Of a DNA stretch of 64,000 nucleotides, positions 9,126 to 19,413 are shown piece after piece. The position numbers and the translations under genes were made by a program. The first letter of the stretch is position 1. Each line of letters opens with the position of its first letter. The DNA comes from Kiritimatiellia bacterium. GTDB taxonomy: Bacteria > Verrucomicrobiota > Kiritimatiellia > RFP12 > JBMNHG01. The notes beneath the pieces are model-generated. The model was not told the DNA's origin, did not search any database, and worked only from the letters and a program-made list of their open reading frames with translations. The stretch lies in the NCBI GenBank assembly GCA_050950285.1, contig JBMNHG010000002.1, positions 630,654 to 694,653 of the forward strand, written 5' to 3'.

Positions 9126-12100
9126 ATGAAACGGAAAACGATTGCATCGGTGGTCTTGTCGGTCCTGTGTCTCGCCCATCTCTCAGCCGCCGACATCTGG
9201 CATGTCGACCCGGACGGAGACGACTTCGCCCCGGGCAGCGCCGGCTCCCCCTTCGCAACGATCGGCCACGCGCTTTCCGTCGCCCAGCCCGGCGACACCG
9301 TCTCGCTCGCTACGGGCGTCCACGAACTCGACGCGACCGCCGTGCTCGATTCCGGCATCGCGCTCGTGGGGGAGACTGGCGATCCGGCCGACGTCTTCGT
9401 ACAGCCCGCCGAGGGTGCGGGAATCGTCCTTCTGGACATCACGAACGCCTTGGCGGCCGTTCGCGGCATCACCTTCCGCAACGCGGTCTTCACCAACGGG
9501 ACGGATGGCGCCGCAATCCGCCTGTACGAAGGCGTACTCGAAGGATGCGCCGTCCGCGACGGCTTCCTGAAGGATCCTCCGGACGGCGCCGGCGGCGTGG
9601 CGATCCGCCAATGGGGCGGCATCGTCACGAACTGCGTCGTGAGCGGGAACGCCGTTGTCTCCACCAACGGCGTCAACGGCGGAGCCGTGCGCATCGAGGG
9701 CGGCCTCTTCACGTCGAGCGACGTCCACGGCAACCGCATCGAATCGACCTCCTTCTGCCGGGGCGCGGGCATCGCGATGATGGGCGCAGGCGAAATCGCC
9801 TCGTGCTCGATCACGGGCAACCACCAGAAGAACACCGCCTGGAATCACGTCTACGGCACGGGCGTGTACATGGCGGACGGCACCCTGCGCGACAGTTCGG
9901 TCTGCGCCAACTCCATCCCAGGCTCGAACCGCACCAATGCGGGCATCTGCGGCGGCAATCTCTGCATGGACGGCGGCTTCGCGACCAACTGCCTTCTCAA
10001 CGCCCACGTCGGCGTGGGCCACTACACCTACGGCGGCGGCATCGCCCTGTACAACACCGCCCACGCCGTAGACTGCACCATCGCCACGAACAGCCTTTCG
10101 GCGGGTCACGTCAACCGAGCCGGCGGTGCCTATCTGGGCAGCGGCGCCCCCATCCTCGAACGCTGCCGCATCTTTGCCAACACCATCTCCTCCGGCTCCG
10201 AATGGGGCGCCGCCGGGCTCGCCATCGAAGACAACGGCACGGTGCGCAACTGCCTGATTTACGCCAACCACTCCAACGTGGCCTCGCCCGCCAGCGGCGT
10301 ATTCCTCGCCAAAGGCCTCCTCGAAGGCTGCACCGTCGTCGGGAACTCCTCCGCCGTCTCGCCCGGCGTCTACCTGGGCGGCGGCACGGTCCGCAACTGC
10401 ATCAGCTTCGCCAACTCCGGGAGCGACTCGCAGATCGCGAAGGCGGGCGGCGTCGTCCAGAATTGCTGTGCCTCCCCGCTCGTCGGCGGCGGGTCCGATA
10501 CCGGGAACATCGCGGTGAACCCATCGTTCATGGACGCCCCGGCCGGCGACTACCGCCTCCGCCCCGGCTCCCCCTGCATCGACACCGGCCTCGCCATGGA
10601 TTCGGTCGACCTCGCCGGCGTGCGGCGCCCCGTGGACGGCGATGGCGACGGCGCAGCCGCCAGCGACATGGGGTGTTTCGAGTTCGTGGCCCCGCAGGAT
10701 GGCCCCCCGTGCTTCACCGTCGCCGTCGCCAACGGCATTGGCCTCGAATCCCTCGACGCCGCCTTCTCCGCCACGCCCGCCGGCAATCTGGAAGGCCTCG
10801 TCTGCTACTGGGACTTCGGCGATGGAACCACCGCCAGCGGCGCGTTCCTCACCAACACCACCCACTACTACTCCACCATCGGCGTCTTCGACGTGACCCT
10901 CTGCATGACCAATGCCGCCGACGAAGGCGGAAGCGACGTCCAGCCGGGCCTCGTGAGGGTCATCGCCGACGCCGACGCCTACGTTTCCGCCGATGGGTCG
11001 GATGAATTCCCCTATTCGACGCTCGAAACCGCCGCGCACGATGTGGCCGATGCCGTCGACGCCATCGCCACGATCCTCGCCGTTGGCGGGACGAGCCGTA
11101 CCGTCTGGATCGACGACGGCATCCACCTCCTCGCCCGCGACGTCCGGATGGATTCGCCGATGACCCTCCAGGGGTTGAACCCCGGCGCCGGCGCCATCCT
11201 CGACGGGCAGCGATCCCGCCGATGCGCGGCCTTCGTGCCCGGCGCCGACGGCTCCATCCTCCGCAACCTCACCCTCCGCAACGGCCTCGCCTCCAAGGAG
11301 GCCGGCGGCGCCCTGCACATCACCGCCTCGAATTGCGTGGTGGAGGCCTGCGTCGTTGCCAACAACCAGTCCGGCACCTACGGCGGCGGAATCTACTCGA
11401 CCGGCGCGAACAACCGGATCCGCGACACCCTCATCCACTCCAACCAGTCCGGAGCGGATGGGGGCGGCCTCTACCTCGGCGCCGGAACCGCCGTCGACTG
11501 CGTCGTCAGCAACAACTACTGCCACTCGCACCACGCCCACGGCGGCGGCATCGCCATCGCGGGCGGCGCGGCCGTCTCCCGTTGCGTCATCGTCCGGAAC
11601 CGGATCCGCTGTGGCCACACGGCGGGCGGATCGGGCGCCAACGCCATAAGCGGCACGCTGCGGAACTGCCTGGTGGCCGGCAACAACGAGGAAAACTGCA
11701 ACACGCCGCTCGCGGGGGCCGTCCGCCTGACCGCCGGAGTTGTCGAGTCGTGCACCATCGCCGCCAACCGCTCCTACAACACGTCGGGCCTCGGCCTCAC
11801 CCTCGACGGCAACGGGACCGTCGCGACGGACTGCATCGTCCAGGGCAACATCCCGGCACGTGTAGAGGCCGTCAACGAAGCCGCAATCCGCACTGGAAAC
11901 GGGATCATCCGCTACTCCTGCTACGCCCCGCTCGTCGAAGGCGCGAACAACGTCGGGAACGTCACGAACGCCCCGGGGTTCCGCGATCCGGCAGGCGGCG
12001 ACTACCGCCTCCGGAACGACTCCCCGATCCGCATGAAGGGACTCGTCCTCGACTGGATGGAGGGTGCCACGGACCTGGCCGGCCAACCGCGCCTCGTGGG

Positions 12101-12164
12101 CGGCAGGGTCGACATGGGCTGCTACCAAGGGCTCGACGCCGGCACGCTCCTGCTCGTGCGGTAG
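9126..12164 (+). CDS. Secreted right-handed beta-helix repeat protein with a PKD domain and choice-of-anchor-Q-like motifs
   Basis: GGAGG then MKRKTIAS signal peptide; WHVDPDGDD...PFATIGHAL; GGG-I/A...N repeats; DYRLRPGSPCIDTG...DMGCFE; WDFGDG (PKD); ends GTLLLVR. Confidence 0.8.
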   Translation: MKRKTIASVVLSVLCLAHLSAADIWHVDPDGDDFAPGSAGSPFATIGHALSVAQPGDTVSLATGVHELDATAVLDSGIALVGETGDPADVFVQPAEGAGIVLLDITNALAAVRGITFRNAVFTNGTDGAAIRLYEGVLEGCAVRDGFLKDPPDGAGGVAIRQWGGIVTNCVVSGNAVVSTNGVNGGAVRIEGGLFTSSDVHGNRIESTSFCRGAGIAMMGAGEIASCSITGNHQKNTAWNHVYGTGVYMADGTLRDSSVCANSIPGSNRTNAGICGGNLCMDGGFATNCLLNAHVGVGHYTYGGGIALYNTAHAVDCTIATNSLSAGHVNRAGGAYLGSGAPILERCRIFANTISSGSEWGAAGLAIEDNGTVRNCLIYANHSNVASPASGVFLAKGLLEGCTVVGNSSAVSPGVYLGGGTVRNCISFANSGSDSQIAKAGGVVQNCCASPLVGGGSDTGNIAVNPSFMDAPAGDYRLRPGSPCIDTGLAMDSVDLAGVRRPVDGDGDGAAASDMGCFEFVAPQDGPPCFTVAVANGIGLESLDAAFSATPAGNLEGLVCYWDFGDGTTASGAFLTNTTHYYSTIGVFDVTLCMTNAADEGGSDVQPGLVRVIADADAYVSADGSDEFPYSTLETAAHDVADAVDAIATILAVGGTSRTVWIDDGIHLLARDVRMDSPMTLQGLNPGAGAILDGQRSRRCAAFVPGADGSILRNLTLRNGLASKEAGGALHITASNCVVEACVVANNQSGTYGGGIYSTGANNRIRDTLIHSNQSGADGGGLYLGAGTAVDCVVSNNYCHSHHAHGGGIAIAGGAAVSRCVIVRNRIRCGHTAGGSGANAISGTLRNCLVAGNNEENCNTPLAGAVRLTAGVVESCTIAANRSYNTSGLGLTLDGNGTVATDCIVQGNIPARVEAVNEAAIRTGNGIIRYSCYAPLVEGANNVGNVTNAPGFRDPAGGDYRLRNDSPIRMKGLVLDWMEGATDLAGQPRLVGGRVDMGCYQGLDAGTLLLVR

Positions 12165-12269
12165 GCGAACGGCGTGCCGTTTTCTTCCGCGTTTTGCCTT
12201 GCGCTGCGATCTTCCCATGCCGTAAACTGCAGACACTTTTGTCGGGTTCCTATTGCCAGGAGAATCGTC

Positions 12270-15200
12270 ATGTCGTTCCAATCGTTCTTGCGCCTGTCCA
12301 CCGTGATGGCGTTTTCCGCCGCCTGCGCGTCCGCGTCGCCTGCGTGGACAACCGGCTCCACCACCGGTTCCGGGGGATTCTCCCCGGCTTCCGGCAACCT
12401 CATCCTCGGCGAGCTGCCCTCGGCGGTGTCGAATGGCTCGGCCGGGGCGGAAAACACCGGCGGAACCGACCGCCTCACCGACGGGCTCTACGCCGCGGGC
12501 AACGGCGAGCGCTACGTGATGGGCAGCTGGGGCTCGCTGGTCTACGAGTTCGAATCCGCAAGCCTGGTTTCGGGCATCCACTTCTATTCGCAGTGGAACG
12601 ATACCGGGCGCGACAGGATCACCATCGCGTCGATCCAGGCCAAGGACTCCAACGACGAATGGCAGACCATCCCCAACAGCGCCGTGAACTACGACGATGG
12701 CTCGTTCAACTGCTTCGCGAAATTCGCCGACACCAACGGCGCGCCGCTCGTCGCCGCGACGACGGGGATCAAGATCAACTTCGGCGAGCAGGAAAACGGC
12801 TATGTCGGCTATGTCGAAATCGAAATCATCGGCCGCTTGTCGACGGTGCTGGAGCTTCGCAATCCGATCACGGGCAGCAACGAGGTCACCGGCACGAACG
12901 CCGTCGAGGTCGCGCTGATGCCGGTTGTCGACAATGCGACGCAGTACCAGATCACCGTCGGCGAGGCCGCGCCTTCCGCCGGCGCCTGGCTCGCCTACAC
13001 GCCCGGCATGATCCCGGCCGGGGCGATCGACTTCGCGGCGCCCCCGACGAACGGCAACGTCAGCCTCACCGCCTGGTTCCGCACCGGCCCGGACGACGAC
13101 GACCCGCTCCCGTGCCCCGGATCCATCTACTACACGACGGAGTCCCCGACGCTTGTCCTGCGCGACATCACGCTCATGCTCGGCAAATCCGGCACGCGCG
13201 AACTGACCCCCTTCGCCCTCGACGCCGGATCGAGCGACCCGTACGGGATCGTCTCCCTGTCCGTCTCGCCCGCCTCCGTTTCCTCCGTTGGAACGGTGGA
13301 GGCGACCGTCCGCGCCGTCAACGCCGCCGGCAACGTTTCGACCGCCACGGCGGAGGTCGCCGTGATTCCCTTCGCCGAATCGGGCATCGGCACCGGCGAC
13401 GCCGCCGACCCCCTCCCGCACGGCTACTTCACCCGCCTCCTCCACCTCGGCACGAACTTCAACGACGAGTGGATCGCCTCCAGCGCGACCGGCGGCGTCG
13501 ATGGCGACCAGCTCTCGGCGTTCGGCGGACAGGCGAACCAGCATCCTTTCGACGGCCTCGTCTACGAGGGCGTCTTCGGCGCGAACACCCTGGACGGCAA
13601 CCTGGCCTGGACCCTCATGGACTGCCCGGACCCCGGCGGACGCTGGGAGCCCAGCCCCAACCGCGAGGACTACATCAAATACTGGCACATCTACATCAAC
13701 CTCCCCGGCAAGGACGAACGCACGGTCTACTTCCGCCACTACAACGACGACGGCCTCCGCGTCTGGAACAATGGCGTCCTCATGGTCTCCCATGGCGGCG
13801 CGGGCGGCGAGTACGCCACCGAAGGCACGCTCTTCCCCGGCATGAACTCCCTCACCATCAAGCTCCAGGAAGGCGGCGGCGGCGACTACATGCAGCTGCG
13901 CATCACCGATGCGAACGGCAATTCCTTCAACGACCTCACCTGCCAGTTCACGCCGTACTCCTTCCAGCTCGTGGACCCCGTCACCGGCAGCAGGGACTAC
14001 ACCTCCTCGAACACCCTCCGCGTGAACGGCCTTCCCACGCTCGACGACTTCGCCGAATACCAGATCACGGCTTCGGAGGATGCGTCCTCGCTCGACGACT
14101 CCGGCTGGGGCTTCTACGACTACCTCAATCCGCCCCGGAACGTCACGTTCCCGCTGCCCGCCGCCGCCCCCTGCGAGGTGACGAACGTGCTCTGGCTCCG
14201 CGCGATGGACGCCGGGGTCCTGGCCACCAACAAGCATGTCGACACCATCACCTACTCCACCGAGGCGCCGACCGCCGTCGCGACCAACATCTCCATTCCG
14301 ATCGACACCTGCGAGGGGACCCCGATCACGCCGGCGATGATCGACAACGGCTCGACGGGCGGCGAAAGCGGCATCTACACGATGACCGTCACGCCCCCGA
14401 GGATCACCGCGCCCGGCAACGTCACGCTCACCGTGACGAACAATGCCGGCCTCGCCCACAGCGCCACCGTCGCCGTCAGCGCCTCCCGCTGGTCCGACGT
14501 GTACGTTTCCGCGGACGGCAACGACGCCACCGGGACCGGCCGTCCCGAGTACCCCTGGCGCACGATCACCCGCGCGCTCGCCGAAGTCAACGATCCCGGC
14601 GGCACGGTCTATGTCGACGCCGGCACCTACTCCGCCGCCTGCGGCGAACTCTTCCCGCTCGTCGTGAAGAGCGGCGTCCGCGTCGTCGGCTGGGCGGCCT
14701 CCGGCACGCCCGACCGCGCCGGCCGCGTGGTCGACGGCGGCAACACCGCGTCATCGCTCTTCTGCTTCACCAACGGCGTCGGGAACTGCGTCGTCCGCGG
14801 GCTCCACCTGTGCGACACCACCGCCGGCATCGCCTTCGTCGATGCATCCGAGGCGACATTCGAGGACGTCCTCTTCACGCAGTCCTCCGCCGATTTCGGC
14901 AGCGTCGGCGCAATCCAGATCGCCAACTCCGGCACGGCGAACGCCTCGGGATGCGACTTCCTCGGGATGCAGCGCATCGGCGCCGTCTGGTGCAGCCAGG
15001 ACCATTACGGATACTTCAACGCGACGAACTGCCTCTTCAGCGGCAACGTCAACGCCTACGCCGCCATCGCGGCCCCGTCTGGCGCGAGCTTCCACATCAA
15101 CGTGGACGACTCGACCTTCGCCACGAACAGCGGCTTGAACCAGAAGCTGCACGACGGCCAGGCCGCGGCATGCGTCTACTTCTGGGGCGCCTGGGGCAGG

Positions 15201-17756
15201 AACGGCTCCGCCCGCCTCGACCACTGCCGCTTCCTCGGCAACACCGGCCGCGCCCTGATCAGCGCAAGCAGCGCCGGCATCAACGTCCGCGACTCGCTCT
15301 TCGCCGACAATCCCGTCACCCACCACATCTTCAACGGGTACAGCACCACGTTCCTGGTCGACAACTGCACGTTCGTCCGTTGCGGCGGCGGTTTCAACGG
15401 GTACGTGTCCGACACCTACCTCCGCAACTGCATCCTCTGCCAGGCCGGCGTGCTCACGCGCTCGTCGTCGGACATGAACGACGACCCCACGAGGCTCCGC
15501 CTCCAGCATGTCGTCCTCTGGGAGACGGATACCGGCCTCGGCTACAACGAGCCGGGCAGCCACCATGTGGTCGTGGGCAATCCGTGGCTCGAGAATCCCG
15601 GCGTCGCCTGGGACGACCCGGCCTTCGACGCGGCCCCGCGCCCGTACTCGCCCGCCATCGACGCCGGCGCGAATTCCGTTGCGTTCAACAGGCACGACCT
15701 CGCCGGCAACCCGCGCGTCGCGAGCAACGACGGCGACGACACCGCGACGGTCGATCTCGGCTGCTTCGAGTCGCTGTTCCATGCGTCCCCCACGCCTGTC
15801 TTCCAGATTCCCGCACCCGGCGCCCTCTACATCTTCAAGGGCGGCACCTTCACCACGCCGGTCTCGATCTCGCCGGCGGCGGACGGCCCCGTCACCGCCG
15901 CGATCGCGTATGGCGAAGGCCTCGCGGGTCCCGCCACGCTGTCCTTCCCCGACGGCGCCGGCCCGGTCGATCTCACGGTCGGCGTGGACTCCGACTGCAC
16001 GAACCGGATTTCGCGCCTGGTCCTCTCCGAATCCGGCACGTCCGAAGGCGTCGGATCGTCCGCGGTCGACGTCTTCCCGGCCTCGAACGTCGTCACCCTC
16101 GGCGGCGTCACGAACTTCTTCCTCCGCGACGGCGCGACCCGCAACTTCACGGTCTCGCTCGCGGAACAGGGCCTTGTCGCCTCGGCGCAGCTTCCGATCG
16201 TCGTGAACGGCCCCTTCGGCGCGGGATCGAACCTCGCGGAGTGGAGCGGCGACGCCTTCATCGACGTCGGCGAAGCCGGCTCCTCCGGCCATCTCGCCGT
16301 GACAGGCGGCGGCGGCGCGAACACGATCGAGGTCGCCATCGGCGGCGGCTTCGTCTTCGCCGAGTCCGGCTCCGACACCGTCGTCCTCACCGTGATCGGC
16401 TACCCCGGCCACCTGTACGTCGATCCCGAAACGGGCGTCGACACCGCGACCGGCACGCTCGCCGATCCGCTCCGCACCGTGACCTTCGCGATCGGCGAGC
16501 TCGTCGCGGGCGACGAAGTCCGCCTGCTCCCGGGCGAGTACACGGCCGCGCAGGAAACCTTCCCGTTCATGCTTGCCGGCATCTCGCTCGCCGGCTGCAC
16601 GGCCGCCGGCGAACCCGTCGCGACGGCCGGGGACTGCATCGTCACCGGCGGCGACACTGCCGACATCCTCGCGAAAGTCTCCGGCACCGACCCCGTGACC
16701 ATCGCGAACCTCACCCTCCGCGAATCGAGCGGCGTCGCCCTCTTCGTCGCCTCGACGCCAACCGCCGTCACCAACGTGGTCTTCACGCAGACCGTGCAGA
16801 ACAAGGGCGTCGCCGGCGCCATCCAGCTGCGCGACAATGCGTCCGTGACCGCAACCGGCTGCGTCTTCACGAACATGACCCGCTTCGGAGTCGTCTTCAT
16901 GGAGCATTACGTGCTCAACAACCAACACGTGTTCACGGCGAAGCGCTGCCTCTTCGCCGACAACGACAGCGAGTGCGCGACCATCGCCGGCGGCATGAAC
17001 GTGAACCTCTACGTCACGCTCGAGGACTGCACCTTCCGCAACAACGCGGTCACCCCGTCGGACAGCCAGTACAGCGACTCCTATCGCGGGCAAGTCCTCT
17101 TCGGGCGCAATGGCCCCTCGCTGGTCGCGCGCCGCTGCCGCTTCCTCGGCGGAAGCGAAGGCGCGGTCTTCGGCATCAACTACTTCAACAACAACAACGG
17201 CGCCCCGGCGACGTGCGTCATCGACGACTGCCTCTTCGCGGGCAACGACGCCCCGGCCGGCGTCTTCCATGGCTACGCCTCCTGGCCGCACGTCCGCAAC
17301 TGCACCTTCGTCGGCAACACCGGCGGCTACAACGGGCGCAACATCCATCCGACCTTCTACAACAGCATCATCCGCGACGGCACGCTGTCCTTCGTCCCGC
17401 CGGATGGCCAGATGGACATCCAGCCCGGCACGGAGCTGTTCCTCAACGACACCCTCCTGTGGAACGTCGAGGAAGGCCGCGGCTACGCGACCAACAGCAG
17501 CGCGAACGTGATGCTCGCGGACCCCGCGCTGAAGAACGTGGCGGTCGCGTGGGACGATCCCGCGTTCAACGCCCGTCCCAGCTCGGCCAGCCCGGCGATC
17601 GACGCCGGCAACAACGCCCACGGCTGCTCGGAGCTCGACCTCGACGGCAATCCCCGCCTGTGGATCGGCCGCGCCGGCGCCGGGGAGGCGGTTGTCGACC
17701 TCGGGTGCTACGAAAGCGGAACCATCAGGGTCGGCACGCTCCTGCTCATGCGGTAG
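12270..17756 (+). CDS. Large secreted multidomain protein (galactose-binding-like and PA14-like domains, two beta-helix modules with DUF1565-like starts)
   Basis: AGGAG then MSFQSF signal peptide; DRLTDG...YEF; NDDGLRVWNNG...KLQEGGGG; VYVSADGNDATGTG...PWRTI; SPAIDAG...VDLGC twice; ends GTLLLMR. Confidence 0.75.
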   Translation: MSFQSFLRLSTVMAFSAACASASPAWTTGSTTGSGGFSPASGNLILGELPSAVSNGSAGAENTGGTDRLTDGLYAAGNGERYVMGSWGSLVYEFESASLVSGIHFYSQWNDTGRDRITIASIQAKDSNDEWQTIPNSAVNYDDGSFNCFAKFADTNGAPLVAATTGIKINFGEQENGYVGYVEIEIIGRLSTVLELRNPITGSNEVTGTNAVEVALMPVVDNATQYQITVGEAAPSAGAWLAYTPGMIPAGAIDFAAPPTNGNVSLTAWFRTGPDDDDPLPCPGSIYYTTESPTLVLRDITLMLGKSGTRELTPFALDAGSSDPYGIVSLSVSPASVSSVGTVEATVRAVNAAGNVSTATAEVAVIPFAESGIGTGDAADPLPHGYFTRLLHLGTNFNDEWIASSATGGVDGDQLSAFGGQANQHPFDGLVYEGVFGANTLDGNLAWTLMDCPDPGGRWEPSPNREDYIKYWHIYINLPGKDERTVYFRHYNDDGLRVWNNGVLMVSHGGAGGEYATEGTLFPGMNSLTIKLQEGGGGDYMQLRITDANGNSFNDLTCQFTPYSFQLVDPVTGSRDYTSSNTLRVNGLPTLDDFAEYQITASEDASSLDDSGWGFYDYLNPPRNVTFPLPAAAPCEVTNVLWLRAMDAGVLATNKHVDTITYSTEAPTAVATNISIPIDTCEGTPITPAMIDNGSTGGESGIYTMTVTPPRITAPGNVTLTVTNNAGLAHSATVAVSASRWSDVYVSADGNDATGTGRPEYPWRTITRALAEVNDPGGTVYVDAGTYSAACGELFPLVVKSGVRVVGWAASGTPDRAGRVVDGGNTASSLFCFTNGVGNCVVRGLHLCDTTAGIAFVDASEATFEDVLFTQSSADFGSVGAIQIANSGTANASGCDFLGMQRIGAVWCSQDHYGYFNATNCLFSGNVNAYAAIAAPSGASFHINVDDSTFATNSGLNQKLHDGQAAACVYFWGAWGRNGSARLDHCRFLGNTGRALISASSAGINVRDSLFADNPVTHHIFNGYSTTFLVDNCTFVRCGGGFNGYVSDTYLRNCILCQAGVLTRSSSDMNDDPTRLRLQHVVLWETDTGLGYNEPGSHHVVVGNPWLENPGVAWDDPAFDAAPRPYSPAIDAGANSVAFNRHDLAGNPRVASNDGDDTATVDLGCFESLFHASPTPVFQIPAPGALYIFKGGTFTTPVSISPAADGPVTAAIAYGEGLAGPATLSFPDGAGPVDLTVGVDSDCTNRISRLVLSESGTSEGVGSSAVDVFPASNVVTLGGVTNFFLRDGATRNFTVSLAEQGLVASAQLPIVVNGPFGAGSNLAEWSGDAFIDVGEAGSSGHLAVTGGGGANTIEVAIGGGFVFAESGSDTVVLTVIGYPGHLYVDPETGVDTATGTLADPLRTVTFAIGELVAGDEVRLLPGEYTAAQETFPFMLAGISLAGCTAAGEPVATAGDCIVTGGDTADILAKVSGTDPVTIANLTLRESSGVALFVASTPTAVTNVVFTQTVQNKGVAGAIQLRDNASVTATGCVFTNMTRFGVVFMEHYVLNNQHVFTAKRCLFADNDSECATIAGGMNVNLYVTLEDCTFRNNAVTPSDSQYSDSYRGQVLFGRNGPSLVARRCRFLGGSEGAVFGINYFNNNNGAPATCVIDDCLFAGNDAPAGVFHGYASWPHVRNCTFVGNTGGYNGRNIHPTFYNSIIRDGTLSFVPPDGQMDIQPGTELFLNDTLLWNVEEGRGYATNSSANVMLADPALKNVAVAWDDPAFNARPSSASPAIDAGNNAHGCSELDLDGNPRLWIGRAGAGEAVVDLGCYESGTIRVGTLLLMR

Positions 17757-17773
17757 GCGAACGGCCCGCCTTC

Positions 17774-17802
17774 TTGACGCGCGGGGATGCCTGCCCCACA
17801 AT
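17774..17802 (+). promoter_or_regulatory. Candidate promoter, possibly giving a nearly leaderless symporter mRNA
   Basis: TTGACG-17 nt-CACAAT, ending 9 nt before the ATG at 17812. Confidence 0.35.
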
Positions 17803-17811
17803 GGGGGCGCC

Positions 17812-19413
17812 ATGGGCTGCCCGCTTCTTCCCGCCGCCCTCCTGCAGGCGTCGCCGCTGCGCTGGTGCCAGGGGGGCGTGCTCGTCTACTTCCTCGTCCT
17901 GGCCGCCATCGGCCTGGCGGGGCGCCATCGCGTGCGCTCGGCGGAGGACTACGCGCTCGCCGGGCGCCGTTTTTCCCTTGGAGTCGCGACGCTCGCCCTG
18001 CTGGCCTCGTGGTTCGGCGTGGGGTCGTGCCTGGGCATCGCGGGGCAGGTGTGCGCCGGCGGGCTGCGCGACGTGGCGGCGGACCCCTTCGCCGCCTCGC
18101 TGAGCCTGCTCCTCGCCGGCCTCTTCCTGGCGGGGGCGCTGCGGAAGCAGGAGGGAACGACGGTCACCGACTGCATCGCCGCGCGCTTCGGGCGTGCCGC
18201 GGGCGTCTACGCCGCCATCTGGATGATCCCCGTGTACGCCGGCTGGCTGGGGTCGATGGTGGTTGGCCTGGGGTCGGTCGTCCATCTGCTCACCGGGCTG
18301 GACGCGCGCGCCGCGCAATGGGCCGGCGCGGGCGTCATCCTGCTGTACACGGTCGCCGGCGGGATGTGGGCGGCGTCCATGACCGACGTCGTGCAGATGC
18401 TCTTGATCGTCCTCGGCCTCGCCCTGGTCCTCCCCGGCGCGCTCGCGCAGGCGGGCGGGCTTCGCGAGGTGCTCGCGCGGAACGCGGACAGCCTCTCCCT
18501 GCTCCCCGGCCCGCCTCCCGAGGGCGTCACCGCGATTTCGCATGCGGCCCATACGGCGGGCACCTGGATGATCATGGGCCTGGGATGCATGGTGGGGCAG
18601 GACCTGATGCAGCGCGCCTTCGCCTGCCGCTCCCCGAAGGTCGCGGCGCGCAGCACCGTCGCCGCCGGCTTCCTCTATCTCGCCATCGCCGGTGCGCCCA
18701 TCCTGATTGGACTGGCGGCGAAATCGGTCCTGCCCGCGAACGGCATCACCCCGGACGCGATCGGCCCGGATTTCGAGAACCAGGTCTTCCCGCGCATGGC
18801 GCTCCTGTCGGTGGAACGCCTCCATCCCATCGCGGTGGCGCTGGTCTTCTGCACCATCCTGTCCGCCATCATGAGTTCGGCGGACAGCGCCCTTCTCGCC
18901 GCCTCCAGCCTGGCGATCCACGGCATCGTCCTGCCGCTTTGCCCGCAGCTCCCGCCGCGCCGGGCGCTCGCGTGGGCCCGCGCGACGACGGCGGGCATGC
19001 TGCTCCTGTCGGTCTGGCTCGCCCGGCGATCCGGGAGCGTCTACCACCTGATGGTCAACTCCTGGGCGGCGCAGCTCGTGGTGATCCTGATCCCGGTCCT
19101 GGCGGCGGTGTTCCTGCCCGGCGCGACGCGCCGGAACGCCTGGGCGGCGATGACCGTCGCGCCCGCCGTGTGGATGGCCGTCGTGGGCCGGGCGGTCGCG
19201 AAACAGCTTTCGGGCGGCATGCCGTTTTCCGGGGCCCTTTCCTCCGATGCCGCCGGATTCGCCTTCACCGAGGGCGCCGCCTGGGGATTCCTGGCCGGCC
19301 TTGCGGCCTTTGTCCTGGCCTCCCCCCGCGCGGCGTGCCGCGTTTCCGGCGGGAGCCCCCTCCCCCGCCCGGGCCGGGATCCCGCGAAGTCAGGGCCGCT
19401 CCAGCCACCGTAG
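17812..19413 (+). CDS. Sodium:solute symporter (SSS/SLC5) family protein
   Basis: EDYALAGR, LLASWFG, YTVAGGMWAASMTDVVQ, QDLMQRAFA, LSAIMSSADSALLA; many TM helices. Start is uncertain. Confidence 0.9.
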   Translation: MGCPLLPAALLQASPLRWCQGGVLVYFLVLAAIGLAGRHRVRSAEDYALAGRRFSLGVATLALLASWFGVGSCLGIAGQVCAGGLRDVAADPFAASLSLLLAGLFLAGALRKQEGTTVTDCIAARFGRAAGVYAAIWMIPVYAGWLGSMVVGLGSVVHLLTGLDARAAQWAGAGVILLYTVAGGMWAASMTDVVQMLLIVLGLALVLPGALAQAGGLREVLARNADSLSLLPGPPPEGVTAISHAAHTAGTWMIMGLGCMVGQDLMQRAFACRSPKVAARSTVAAGFLYLAIAGAPILIGLAAKSVLPANGITPDAIGPDFENQVFPRMALLSVERLHPIAVALVFCTILSAIMSSADSALLAASSLAIHGIVLPLCPQLPPRRALAWARATTAGMLLLSVWLARRSGSVYHLMVNSWAAQLVVILIPVLAAVFLPGATRRNAWAAMTVAPAVWMAVVGRAVAKQLSGGMPFSGALSSDAAGFAFTEGAAWGFLAGLAAFVLASPRAACRVSGGSPLPRPGRDPAKSGPLQPP

